From sequence record SRR31156797_1009: 64,000 nucleotides of DNA. One strand, given 5' to 3'. Made by a program: the position numbers and the translations under genes. This document shows positions 42,200 through 51,323 of the stretch, one piece after another; within the stretch, counting starts at the first letter, position 1; each line of letters begins with the position of its first letter. Below the pieces are notes generated by a model. That model searched no databases. It saw only the letters and a program-made list of their open reading frames with translations, and had not been told where the DNA came from.

Positions 42200-42463
42200 A
42201 TGTGGAGTTGTAATTTTGGAATATTGAATGGCGGTGGCCCCGGCTGGTTCATGGGAGGCGGCATGTTTGGATTCATTTGGATGATACTTTTCGCATTGAT
42301 TGCGGTGTACCTCATCTCCAAACTCTTTCAAGCCTTCACCTCCCGACAAGGTGGACGACCAGACAGGGATGACTCCCTGAACATCATCAAGGAAAAATTC
42401 GCAAAGGGAGAACTCACTGCGGATGAATACCAACGAATGAAGGAAGTGCTGACAAGACAATAA
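42200..42463 (+). CDS. SHOCT-domain membrane protein
   Basis: One TM; IIKEKFAKGELTADEYQRMKEVL. Confidence 0.82.
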   Translation: MWSCNFGILNGGGPGWFMGGGMFGFIWMILFALIAVYLISKLFQAFTSRQGGRPDRDDSLNIIKEKFAKGELTADEYQRMKEVLTRQ

Positions 42464-42490
42464 GATATCGCAATAAATGAAGTTGACGAC

Positions 42491-43117
42491 TTATGCATGT
42501 GGGGCATGTGGATTTAAAACCTGTATGCCATGCCCCCTTAACGCACCACTTGGACTTACATACCTATAAAGGGTGACCCGTGTTACCCCAAGCTCTTTAC
42601 AGAGATTCCTCACGCTAGTTGTCTTGTTTTTCATTGCAGCTTGCGCCATTTGTACTTGGGTCTTGTTTAGAGCGAATCGCCGTCCTCCCTTGCGACCGCG
42701 AGCGCGGGCGGCTTCAAGCCCTGCCATGGTTCGCTCTCTGATCAATTCACGCTCGAACTCGGCAAGGGCTGCGAAGATGCCAAAAATCAGCTTGCCACTT
42801 GCAGAGGTTGTGTCGATATCTGCCCCACGCCCTGTGAGGACTTTAAAGCCAATATCCTTCTCAGCAAGTTCTTGCACCACGCATACAAGGTGCTTGAGAT
42901 CTCGCCCTAGGCGATCAAGCTTCCAAATCAACAGAATGTCTCCTTGGCGTAGAGCTTTTAGGCAAGCGTCCAAACCTGGACGTTTGCCTTTCTTGCCGGA
43001 AGCCATGTCTTCATAAATGCGCTCAGCAGGAACTCCTGCCTTCAGCAAAGCATCTCGTTGGAGATCTAAATTTTGTGAGCCATCAGCTTTTGACACTCGT
43101 GCGTAACCAATTTTCAT
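42491..43117 (-). CDS. tnpR: Serine resolvase
   Basis: IGYARVSKADGSQ, WKLDRLGR, AEFERELIRERT, C-terminal HTH. Confidence 0.93.
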   Translation of the reverse strand: MKIGYARVSKADGSQNLDLQRDALLKAGVPAERIYEDMASGKKGKRPGLDACLKALRQGDILLIWKLDRLGRDLKHLVCVVQELAEKDIGFKVLTGRGADIDTTSASGKLIFGIFAALAEFERELIRERTMAGLEAARARGRKGGRRFALNKTQVQMAQAAMKNKTTSVRNLCKELGVTRVTLYRYVSPSGALRGHGIQVLNPHAPHA

Positions 43118-43253
43118 AGGCTGTTCACAAACCCTCGTTTGAGTTACATGTCCAATATAGTTCAGGTAGGTACGATATCCTGTACCTTATTCCGTATCAC
43201 AAACTATGTTAACAATACGTTATTGATTCTAGAAAAGATACAAGTGGGTTCAA
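43118..43253. other. Probable res site and divergent promoters
   Basis: Intergenic region between divergent tnpR and tnpA with imperfect palindromes; subsites not resolved. Confidence 0.5.
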
Positions 43254-46178
43254 ATGCCTCGCAGAACAGTCCTTTCCTCTTCCCAGAGAACCGTTTTTGA
43301 AGTCTTACCAAGCGTTCCGGATTTACTCACACGGTACTACGTTTTGGACGAAGACGAACTTGCACTTATTTCCAAATGTAGACGGCCACGCAATCGGCTC
43401 GGATTTGCTTTACAACTCTGTCTCATCAAATTCCCTGGAAGGGCCTTACGACCCGATGATGAAATTCCCGATTCCTTGGTCGAATTCATTGCAGAGCAAA
43501 TAGGAGAAGAGTCGGAAGTCTTCTGTGGCTACGCGGACAGAGACCAGACGCGCAGAGAGCATTTTAAGACCTTGATAGAGTTTTTCCGGCTTTCAAGATT
43601 TGGAGATAGTCACTATCAAGAGATGGTGCGCTGGCTGACGCCAATTGCTGTAGACAATCCAAAGAGTACTTTCCTTGTAGGTGCAACCCTAAATGAATTG
43701 AGACGTCGCAAAATTCTGCATCCTGCTTTGACAGTTGTGGAACGCCTCGTTGCCCAGGTGAAGATCCAAGCAGATCGCAGAGTCTACAATGAAGTGACCG
43801 GCCTGTTGTCCGACAGGCACCAGGCTGATCTTGAATTTTGGCTTAATCCACGAGGCGAGAAATCACAGAGTAGACTTTCATGGATTCGTCAACCTGCTGG
43901 CCGTCCTTCTCCTATAAATGTGATTTTGATAATGGAAAAGTTGGCCGCTATCCGGTTGCTTGATCTTCCTTCCGAGGTCTTGGACGCAGTACCGACAATT
44001 CGCCGCAAGCAACTTGCCCAAGAAGGTAATCGAATTGCTGTGCATAATCTGCGAATGTTGAATGAACAAAGACGGTATACGATCATGACCGTATGCTTGC
44101 TTGAAATTCAACGCTCCTTAATGGATGAGGTCGTCAACATGCATGACCGCATCATTGGCTCCCTAATGCGGCGTAGCCAACGAAAACAGGCTACTCAGCT
44201 ACAAGATGATGCAAAGAACATCAAAACAACCGTCAACGTTTTCTCAAAGCTTGGCCAAGCCTTAATCAAAGCGCGTGAGGAGCATTTAGACCCTTGGGAG
44301 CTAATCGAGGCTGAACTGTCCTGGGATGATTTTCGTGCAACGGTTGAAGCTGCTGAAAACCTGTCTCAACCTCAGCGGTTCGATTATCTCCATTATGTTG
44401 ACACGAGTTTCAATCAGATTCGGCGGTATGCTCCAACCATGTTGGAGCATTTTGACTTCCGTGCAAGCTCTGGTGGACGGGATGTTCTTACAGCTATTGA
44501 TATCATCCGTGACATGAACAAAACGGGCAAACGCAAATTGCCCGACCAAGTTCCTACTTCATTTATCCCAAAACGCTGGCAACCATTTATTTTCGAAACT
44601 GATGGCCTGAACCGTAGGTACTATGAACTGTGCGCTTTAAGCGAACTCCGTAACCGACTCCGTTCTGGCGATGTATGGGTACCAGGCAGCCGTCAATTCG
44701 AAGATTTCAACGAATACCTCATGGGCCCTTCCGCTTTTCGTCAGCTTCAGGAGTCTCGTGAAATACCTGTAGCGGTCGAAACGGATTGCACAAGATACAT
44801 CTCAGAGCGGAAAGAACTCCTTGAAAGTCAGTTGGAAGAATTCCAAAGGCTTCTCAGAAGCAATGATTTGGATACGGTTTGTCTCAAGAATGGTAGGCTT
44901 TCAATGCAACCATATAGGGGTAACTCTGTTCCCGATGAAGCCAAGCAATTCAGCCGGCGCGTATATGCAGAGCTTCCTCGCATTAAAATTACCGATCTCC
45001 TCATTGAAGTAGATCAATGGACAGGTTTCACCGAACAATTCACTCATTTGAGAACTGGCCAACCATCTCAAGACAAGGAATCTCTTTTGTCAGTGATTCT
45101 CTCAGATGGGATTAATCTTGGACTGACAAGGATGGCAGAGGCTAGTTCCGGGGCCTCGTATAAACAGTTGTCTTGGGTTTCGGATTGGTATGTCAGAAGC
45201 GAATGCTATTCCAGAGGGTTGGCTGAGATAACCAATTACCACCACATAATTCCACTTGCAGGACAGTGGGGCGATGGCTCCACCTCGTCTTCAGACGGGC
45301 AGCACTTTCCTCTTGGCAGTGTTGGTCGAGGCCTCGGAGATGTAAATGCTCGATATGGGCGAGATCCCGGTGTGATTTTCTACACCCACATCTCGGATCA
45401 ATACACCCCATTTCACAGCCAGCTCATCAACGCAACAGCACGCGATGCAACCTATGTCCTGGACGGCTTGCTTTACCATGAAAGCAATCTCAATATTGAA
45501 GAACACTACACTGACACCGCAGGTTTTACGGACCATGTGTTTGCTCTTTGCCATTTGCTCGGATTTCGTTTTGCTCCCCGAATTCGCAACATAGGTGACG
45601 TAAAACTATACACCTTTGGCAGCGCAAAACGCTGGGCTGACCTGGAGCCGTTGATAGGATCAAAGATCAAGCAAAAGGACATTGAGAACCAATGGGAAGA
45701 GATATTGAGGCTGGCAAGCTCAATTCGATTGGGAACCGTTACGGCATCCCTCATAATTCGTAAGTTGGCCTCCTATCCACGGCAAAACAAATTGGCTTTG
45801 GCCATACGCGAGCTTGGGCGTTTGGAAAGGACTCTTTTCCTATTGGATTGGGTCAAAAAGCCAGAACTCCGTTCTCGTGTTCAAGCCGGTCTGAACAAAG
45901 GGGAGTCCAGAAACGCACTTGCTCGTGCAGTGTTTTTCAATCGACTCGGAGAAGTCCGAGATCGTTCTTTTGAAAGCCAGTGCTATAGGACTTCTGGTCT
46001 AAACCTTGTCGTAGCTACGATAATCCTCTGGAACACGGTCTATCTGGAAAAGGCCGTGAAAAAAGTACGAGAGGAAATGGATGTTCCGGAGGAGTTTCAG
46101 AGCTACCTTTCTCCGCTTGGATGGGAGCACATCAATCTCACAGGAGATTATATCTGGAATCTTGGCCAAACGCCTTAA
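43254..46178 (+). CDS. tnpA: Tn3-family transposase
   Basis: 974 aa; NRLGFALQL, SSSDGQ, HYTDTAG, LNKGESRNALAR, LSPLGWEHINLTGDY; stop overlaps the right IR. Confidence 0.96.
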   Translation: MPRRTVLSSSQRTVFEVLPSVPDLLTRYYVLDEDELALISKCRRPRNRLGFALQLCLIKFPGRALRPDDEIPDSLVEFIAEQIGEESEVFCGYADRDQTRREHFKTLIEFFRLSRFGDSHYQEMVRWLTPIAVDNPKSTFLVGATLNELRRRKILHPALTVVERLVAQVKIQADRRVYNEVTGLLSDRHQADLEFWLNPRGEKSQSRLSWIRQPAGRPSPINVILIMEKLAAIRLLDLPSEVLDAVPTIRRKQLAQEGNRIAVHNLRMLNEQRRYTIMTVCLLEIQRSLMDEVVNMHDRIIGSLMRRSQRKQATQLQDDAKNIKTTVNVFSKLGQALIKAREEHLDPWELIEAELSWDDFRATVEAAENLSQPQRFDYLHYVDTSFNQIRRYAPTMLEHFDFRASSGGRDVLTAIDIIRDMNKTGKRKLPDQVPTSFIPKRWQPFIFETDGLNRRYYELCALSELRNRLRSGDVWVPGSRQFEDFNEYLMGPSAFRQLQESREIPVAVETDCTRYISERKELLESQLEEFQRLLRSNDLDTVCLKNGRLSMQPYRGNSVPDEAKQFSRRVYAELPRIKITDLLIEVDQWTGFTEQFTHLRTGQPSQDKESLLSVILSDGINLGLTRMAEASSGASYKQLSWVSDWYVRSECYSRGLAEITNYHHIIPLAGQWGDGSTSSSDGQHFPLGSVGRGLGDVNARYGRDPGVIFYTHISDQYTPFHSQLINATARDATYVLDGLLYHESNLNIEEHYTDTAGFTDHVFALCHLLGFRFAPRIRNIGDVKLYTFGSAKRWADLEPLIGSKIKQKDIENQWEEILRLASSIRLGTVTASLIIRKLASYPRQNKLALAIRELGRLERTLFLLDWVKKPELRSRVQAGLNKGESRNALARAVFFNRLGEVRDRSFESQCYRTSGLNLVVATIILWNTVYLEKAVKKVREEMDVPEEFQSYLSPLGWEHINLTGDYIWNLGQTP

Positions 46179-46211
46179 CGTGCAACTTTGTCCGCTCTAT
46201 GGAGTGCCCCC
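46174..46211 (-). repeat. Right 38-bp inverted repeat
   Basis: Reverse complement GGGGGCACTCCATAGAGCGGACAAAGTTGCACGTTAAG; followed by TTATA. Confidence 0.9.
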
Positions 46212-46294
46212 TTATAAGGCATAGCTGCGCCCCGTCTGTTTACAAATAAAACTGAATGCAGATATTATTGTAGGGTCTCAACGAAGGAGTTGTC

Positions 46295-47296
46295 ATGAAT
46301 AAGATAGCGAAGCATGGGATCAAAATGTACGTCCTGATTTTTAGTATCGTCGCCATAGCAGGACTTCACTTCAGCGGCCTCCACGGCAGCCTCGGACTTC
46401 ATGGAGTCCATCGGGAACTTTTTTTCATCCCGATCCTCCTTGCTGCATTCTGGTTCGGCCTTAAGTCCGGCGTAGTGACAGCTATAATTGTGTCCGCTCT
46501 TTTTATCCTCGGAATGGTGGCAGACAGTGCCCACATGCCTGCCGCCCTCATGATTTCCCAGGTCGCGGTTTTCATCTTCTCAGCAGCCCTCCTCGGTTGG
46601 CTCTCCGACAACCAACGCAAGAAGACCCAGGAACTCATCAATGCCGAAAAGCTCGCCACTCTAGGCGAAACAGTCGGGGTCATCAGCTGGGAAGTCAAGG
46701 ATAATATTGACGCGCTAAAAAGGCTTTTCAATAAGAGCGACGGATTGGCAAAGGCTGAGCTTAATAAGGATTTCAGAGCAGAATTGGATACCATAGATTC
46801 GTTAAGCCGCTCAATGACCCAATATGCAGCCAAGGAAACCCTCAATCTATCAACTATCGACATAAACGATGCAGTTCTGGAGTTGGTAAAGCTATACAAA
46901 ATTCACTACCGAGAAAAAGGAATCAACCTCGAAGTAAGAAAAGACCTCAGTGGTTGCCCGACAAAGGTTTCCAAAAATTCTGTATTATGGGTGTTATCCA
47001 AGCTGCTCGATAACGCCAAGGACGCCTCCAAGGCAGGTGCCAGTGTATTTATTACAACTCGTAGACATGGTGATCACTGTACGCTGGATGTGGAAGATCA
47101 AGGTTCCGGCATAGCTGAAGAGCATGTAAACAAGCTTTTCACCCCCTTCTTTACCACCAAGGAGGGGGGGACGGGCATCAGCCTTGCTGCCTGCAAGAAG
47201 ACCCTAAAAGAATTGGGTGGTGATATCACAGCCCGTAGTGTCGTCGGGAAGGGGTCGGTATTTACAGTTACTATCCCACGAGAAATGGAAAAGTAA
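46295..47296 (+). CDS. Membrane histidine-kinase-like ATPase with degenerate H-box
   Basis: N-terminal TMs; HATPase N/G1/F/G2 boxes (LLDNAKDA, DQGSGI, FTPFFTTK, GGTG); ISWEVKDN where AHE(I/V)RNP is expected. Confidence 0.8.
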   Translation: MNKIAKHGIKMYVLIFSIVAIAGLHFSGLHGSLGLHGVHRELFFIPILLAAFWFGLKSGVVTAIIVSALFILGMVADSAHMPAALMISQVAVFIFSAALLGWLSDNQRKKTQELINAEKLATLGETVGVISWEVKDNIDALKRLFNKSDGLAKAELNKDFRAELDTIDSLSRSMTQYAAKETLNLSTIDINDAVLELVKLYKIHYREKGINLEVRKDLSGCPTKVSKNSVLWVLSKLLDNAKDASKAGASVFITTRRHGDHCTLDVEDQGSGIAEEHVNKLFTPFFTTKEGGTGISLAACKKTLKELGGDITARSVVGKGSVFTVTIPREMEK

Positions 47297-47312
47297 TCAA
47301 CCTTCAAGAAAC

Positions 47313-47343
47313 AAGAAAGGCCGTCCAATGAACGGCCTTTCTT
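47313..47343. terminator. Bidirectional terminator
   Basis: AAGAAAGGCCGT...ACGGCCTTTCTT between convergent genes. Confidence 0.75.
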
Positions 47344-47368
47344 AATTTAAGCAAAGAAAGCCCAGCTC

Positions 47369-47839
47369 TTAAGGCTTCTCATTCTGCAAAGAGTAGATGA
47401 TATAATTCACCAGCGCCCACCGTTCCTCAGGCGAGAATTCCGGAAAAGCAGGCATCTCCAAAGCATCCACTCCATTTTGAATGATCCAGTATTTTTCACC
47501 TGGCCCATACATCTCACTGTGCTTTTTGTCCCTAAAGCTAGCTATGGACAACTCCATATCCGAAATAAGCTCTCCCTTGCCATCTCCCTTTTCACCGTGG
47601 CACATGCTGCAATTCTCATTGAATAGAGCTTTGCCCTTCTCTATTGATGCAACATCAGGAGTAACAGGAGTCCTATCCATCACCTTGTACTCATTAGGGA
47701 TAGCTTTTTGAGTCCGCATCATCGCTGAAGCGTGCTTTGTAGGTTCTTCGTGGTTAAGCCCTTGGTGAGCAGCCACATGAACAGACACCCCCAATAAGAT
47801 CAAAATAACCATCACACACAGACGACACAGCTTATTCAT
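47369..47839 (-). CDS. Monoheme cytochrome c
   Basis: Signal peptide, CSMCHGEKGDGKG, MPAF, ERWALVNYI; GGAGG RBS before MNKLCR. Confidence 0.88.
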   Translation of the reverse strand: MNKLCRLCVMVILILLGVSVHVAAHQGLNHEEPTKHASAMMRTQKAIPNEYKVMDRTPVTPDVASIEKGKALFNENCSMCHGEKGDGKGELISDMELSIASFRDKKHSEMYGPGEKYWIIQNGVDALEMPAFPEFSPEERWALVNYIIYSLQNEKP

Positions 47840-47880
47840 ACAACCTCCAAAACATGAGACAGCCAATACCAAGCAATATG

Positions 47881-48055
47881 CAGAAACGTTGTCCCCTCCT
47901 TGAACTCAAGCAAGTTGGTTTGCTGCTTGAAGCTGTCAAAGAGGTGGTGATAATCGGGCAACACACCAGCCGGGCCACGGTAAGTTGAGCGGAACGCTCA
48001 TCAAGCTCTCACAGCTAGGATAAAGAAGACACCTTCACCTTCTCCTTGGTAAGAG
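47881..48055 (-). pseudogene. Decayed internal fragment of a RecD2-like helicase gene
   Basis: Colinear similarity to 52418-52655, e.g. CACACCAGCCGGGCCACGGT(A/T)AGTTGAG and AGACACCTTCACCTT; frameshifted with a ~57-bp deletion. Confidence 0.8.
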
Positions 48056-48154
48056 GAAGACAAAATTGATGCGAAAGTATAAATCCCAGCTCTATTTTTG
48101 CTGTTCAATACAACATCAAGGAAGAGCTGGAATTACAATGTATTCGACAGCTTT

Positions 48155-48808
48155 CTAAAGTAATTTTTCCTTGACGTTGTCTATACCAACCCGGTCGACG
48201 AAGCGAGCAGTACGCTCTCGTTTTTTCGCGTTGGAATTATAGTATTCCAAAAATTGCTTCGTTAATGCCAGCACACTGTCTTTATCCAGATCTTCAGCCA
48301 GAATATCACCAATGCGAGGACGACGGGCCGAACTTCCGCCTATAACCAAAGTCCAACCCGATTTCTTACCAAAAAGGCCAATGTCACGCACAAAGCTCTC
48401 ACCGCAGCATAGAGGACACCCAGACACCCCTATTTTGGCTTTGGCAGGAAGATCCAGGGAGGTAAAAAAAGCTTCCAACTCTATGCCAAGTCCCAGAGAG
48501 TCCTGCACTCCAAATTTACAAACTGCCGTACCAGGACAAGCTTGAACGTAATGCACACACAATTCAGTAGCTTTTCCTATGTCTAACCCCAAGTCAGACC
48601 AAATAGGGTCCACATCTTCACCTTTCATACCCACTAAGGCGAACCGTTGTCCCGAAGTGATTTTGATGACCGGGATCTCATATTTTCTGGCAACTCCAGC
48701 TATACGCTCCAAGTCATCTGGGGTCACAATTCCCACAGGAGTCCGAGGAACAATGGCATAAGTACATTTATCACGTTGTAAGATTGCACCTTTGGGAGTG
48801 TCGGTCAT
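48155..48808 (-). CDS. Intact element-borne homolog of the disrupted nitrite/sulfite-reductase-type siroheme/4Fe-4S protein (217 aa)
   Basis: KITSGQR, ACPGTAVC, GVSGCPLCC motifs; gap-free alignment to the rejoined host gene; AAGGAG RBS before MTDTPKG. Confidence 0.92.
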   Translation of the reverse strand: MTDTPKGAILQRDKCTYAIVPRTPVGIVTPDDLERIAGVARKYEIPVIKITSGQRFALVGMKGEDVDPIWSDLGLDIGKATELCVHYVQACPGTAVCKFGVQDSLGLGIELEAFFTSLDLPAKAKIGVSGCPLCCGESFVRDIGLFGKKSGWTLVIGGSSARRPRIGDILAEDLDKDSVLALTKQFLEYYNSNAKKRERTARFVDRVGIDNVKEKLL

Positions 48809-48860
48809 TGCGGATTTCTCCTTGGTATTTTTAAGATTCATTACCCTTACAGAATGCCAA

Positions 48861-49262
48861 TCAACGTCGCTCAGTAGGAGGCATGGGCTTTTCGAGATCG
48901 GCCTTTGTCAGATTTCTTGATGCAGCGTTGTAGGCCCATTTTACAAGTTGGGCGGCCTGAGTGGATACCATCAGCTTGAGTTTAGCATTTTCATCTTCAA
49001 GCGCACTAATTCGATCTTGCTTTTTTTTCATCTCTTGAGGTGAAAATGAAATCTTATGCCCTTGGGATTCGCTGTTATGATCTTTTTTAGCGTAATATGC
49101 ACTCTTGATATCGTCATATTTCTGAAGGGTTTGCCTAGAATACTTAATACCAATAGATCGAGCAGACTTTTCAACAATGTTATCCCATGTAATCTTGCCC
49201 GTTAGGTCATTGATAACAGAAACTATCGCTTTTATACGATCTGGAGTTAAACGCTCAGGCAT
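48861..49262 (-). CDS. Small recombinase-partner protein (GinD/TnpC-like)
   Basis: 133 aa, HTH-like GKITWDNI..YSRQTL plus coiled coil; overlaps the third recombinase stop. Confidence 0.7.
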   Translation of the reverse strand: MPERLTPDRIKAIVSVINDLTGKITWDNIVEKSARSIGIKYSRQTLQKYDDIKSAYYAKKDHNSESQGHKISFSPQEMKKKQDRISALEDENAKLKLMVSTQAAQLVKWAYNAASRNLTKADLEKPMPPTERR

Positions 49263-51298
49263 AGCTCACCTACCTTCAATAAAGGGAAAGAGCTGTCTTG
49301 CCCTTCTTCCAAGTATTCTTGCCCCCTTTCATAATGGGCAACTATAATTTGTGAAAAGTCTTTGCCAGGTATGAGTTTGACAAAACTATTATCTGGGATA
49401 TCAGGATTTTCATTAATTGCATTTAATCCCTTAAGAACTGACAAGACCTGTTTGTGATGTATCAGAGAAGGATCAATTCCGACTATGGGATGCGCCTCTT
49501 GGCAATCAGCAATTTCCTTCTCCATCTTATTTATCAACGGCAGCAACGATTGGGAGAACCGACTGTCTCCTTTCACAAAAAGAGAGTTGGAACATAGAAA
49601 ATGGTCACCAATCTTTGGACAGATTTGACCGTCACCTAATGTACAGAACCCAACATCAATGACGTTAACCATCTCATTAAGCTGTCGCTCTAGGTACTCT
49701 GCCAACAAAGCTGGCTGGTTATAAATTTCATTCGTAAAATTAGTATTGCTTGGAGAAGCATCGCTTTGATCATTTATGGTTAAGGCTTTCTCAGCCAGAA
49801 CGACCTTATCAGCATGAGAGTAAGCCTGATTGTGTCTTATGTCTTTTCGACCAGCAAAATAAGCACGAGTCTGCTGAGCAATTCCACCATATTCACTCAC
49901 CGTATCTTGATAATGACGGAAGTTATGCGTTGAAATCTTTATTGGACTACCATCCTCTTCAGTAAGTCCGTGTCTGGCAAAGATAGTATTAGCGTAAGAA
50001 GCTGATCCAAACAATCTACAAACCGTACTCATGCTAACAGGCTGGATCATGACATTCTCATATGCCTTAGTATAATCTTTGAACCAATGAAGAGGGAAGA
50101 CTAACAAGCAATCTGAGTATTTCAATCCAGATTCTTTATGAAAATACGGGAAGTTATCCGGTAACAACGACAAAACATATTTCTCAATGTCTTTAAATCG
50201 AACCCGGTAGCTATTTTTGTTTTTATAAATAGGTTCAATACCAAACCCTTTAAAAATCTTGTGGTAAATATGAGCCCTTCCACAATTCAACAATCCCTTC
50301 AAAGCGACATGGTCAATATACTCTTCACTTCTAAGATAACTATACTCTTGAGGGAGATACATTTCTCCAGGGTTGTCTTCGTACCATAGAGCAATTTCTC
50401 TTGCTTTTTCGGTAACGTTCAGAATTTTACCAAGCGCTTCTAGAGTAAGCTCCTTCCACCCTCTGGGGACAGGCTTAGTTAATGGTGTCCCACCTTTTGC
50501 GGGGAACCAACGCAAACCAATAGCTCCTTCTATGCCTTCATGATTATAAACCACACAGTCAGTGCGCATAGACAAAACTTCACTAATTCTACAAGGATTT
50601 GAGAGAAGTATAACCCCAATAGAGGAAATAACTTTACAGATTTGATCTTTAGGATCGTTATAAATCTCACCCAACGCATACAGTGAACGATCTGTGGGCA
50701 GCTTGTCTGACCGATGTTCTAAATAGGCTTTCCCCGGCTCACGACCCGGACTGTTCTGCCGCACAGATCGAACCCACCGCATGGGAGGAATCTTCAATAA
50801 AGAGTTATCATTCAGGAACTTGGAAAGGACTTCTAACTTAGCACAGACGCTTGCTGCATTGTTGTGACAATAATAATCAACTGCCAACCTTTGGGCTTCA
50901 TTTAGCACATTTATATCTATGTTAGTAACACACGGAACACTGTGTACATTTACCAAGGCTTGTCCAAGAGCTTTAAGAGCACCCATTTGTGAAGCTAAAT
51001 CTTTAACATGCTTCATCCCATAAGAGTACCGCAAATAGGCTTTAGCAAAATCAACGAATGGCTTTTCCATTTTTACCGGATTATCATCTCTTGAGTCATC
51101 TCCAAAACGATACCAATACTGATTTCCACTCTTCCTAGATCGAAGTTCAATAGTCTTCGAAATTGGCCACTTCACATCACCCCAATCCAGATTAGCGCCA
51201 AAGACGGTCAACTCATTCTTGGCCATTGCGATAAAAGCGTTAACGTTCTCAATCGCGTCTACCTCACGCTTAGGTTTAAAATGTATGATTTGCGCCAT
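49247..51298 (-). CDS. Tyrosine recombinase 3 (GinC-like, 683 aa)
   Basis: CRISEVL, WFPAKGG, THNFRH, AGRKD..HNQAYSH; start reset to MAQIIHFKPK behind GAGG. Confidence 0.85.
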   Translation of the reverse strand: MAQIIHFKPKREVDAIENVNAFIAMAKNELTVFGANLDWGDVKWPISKTIELRSRKSGNQYWYRFGDDSRDDNPVKMEKPFVDFAKAYLRYSYGMKHVKDLASQMGALKALGQALVNVHSVPCVTNIDINVLNEAQRLAVDYYCHNNAASVCAKLEVLSKFLNDNSLLKIPPMRWVRSVRQNSPGREPGKAYLEHRSDKLPTDRSLYALGEIYNDPKDQICKVISSIGVILLSNPCRISEVLSMRTDCVVYNHEGIEGAIGLRWFPAKGGTPLTKPVPRGWKELTLEALGKILNVTEKAREIALWYEDNPGEMYLPQEYSYLRSEEYIDHVALKGLLNCGRAHIYHKIFKGFGIEPIYKNKNSYRVRFKDIEKYVLSLLPDNFPYFHKESGLKYSDCLLVFPLHWFKDYTKAYENVMIQPVSMSTVCRLFGSASYANTIFARHGLTEEDGSPIKISTHNFRHYQDTVSEYGGIAQQTRAYFAGRKDIRHNQAYSHADKVVLAEKALTINDQSDASPSNTNFTNEIYNQPALLAEYLERQLNEMVNVIDVGFCTLGDGQICPKIGDHFLCSNSLFVKGDSRFSQSLLPLINKMEKEIADCQEAHPIVGIDPSLIHHKQVLSVLKGLNAINENPDIPDNSFVKLIPGKDFSQIIVAHYERGQEYLEEGQDSSFPLLKVGELCLSV

Positions 51299-51323
51299 AG
51301 TTTTCCTCGTTCTATTGCTCCAA

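Larger units (their letters stand above)
38112..46211 (+). mobile_element. Tn3-family transposon (8100 bp) carrying zraSR/zraP-like genes
   Basis: 38-bp terminal IRs, TTATA TSD, intact tnpA and tnpR. Confidence 0.93.
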
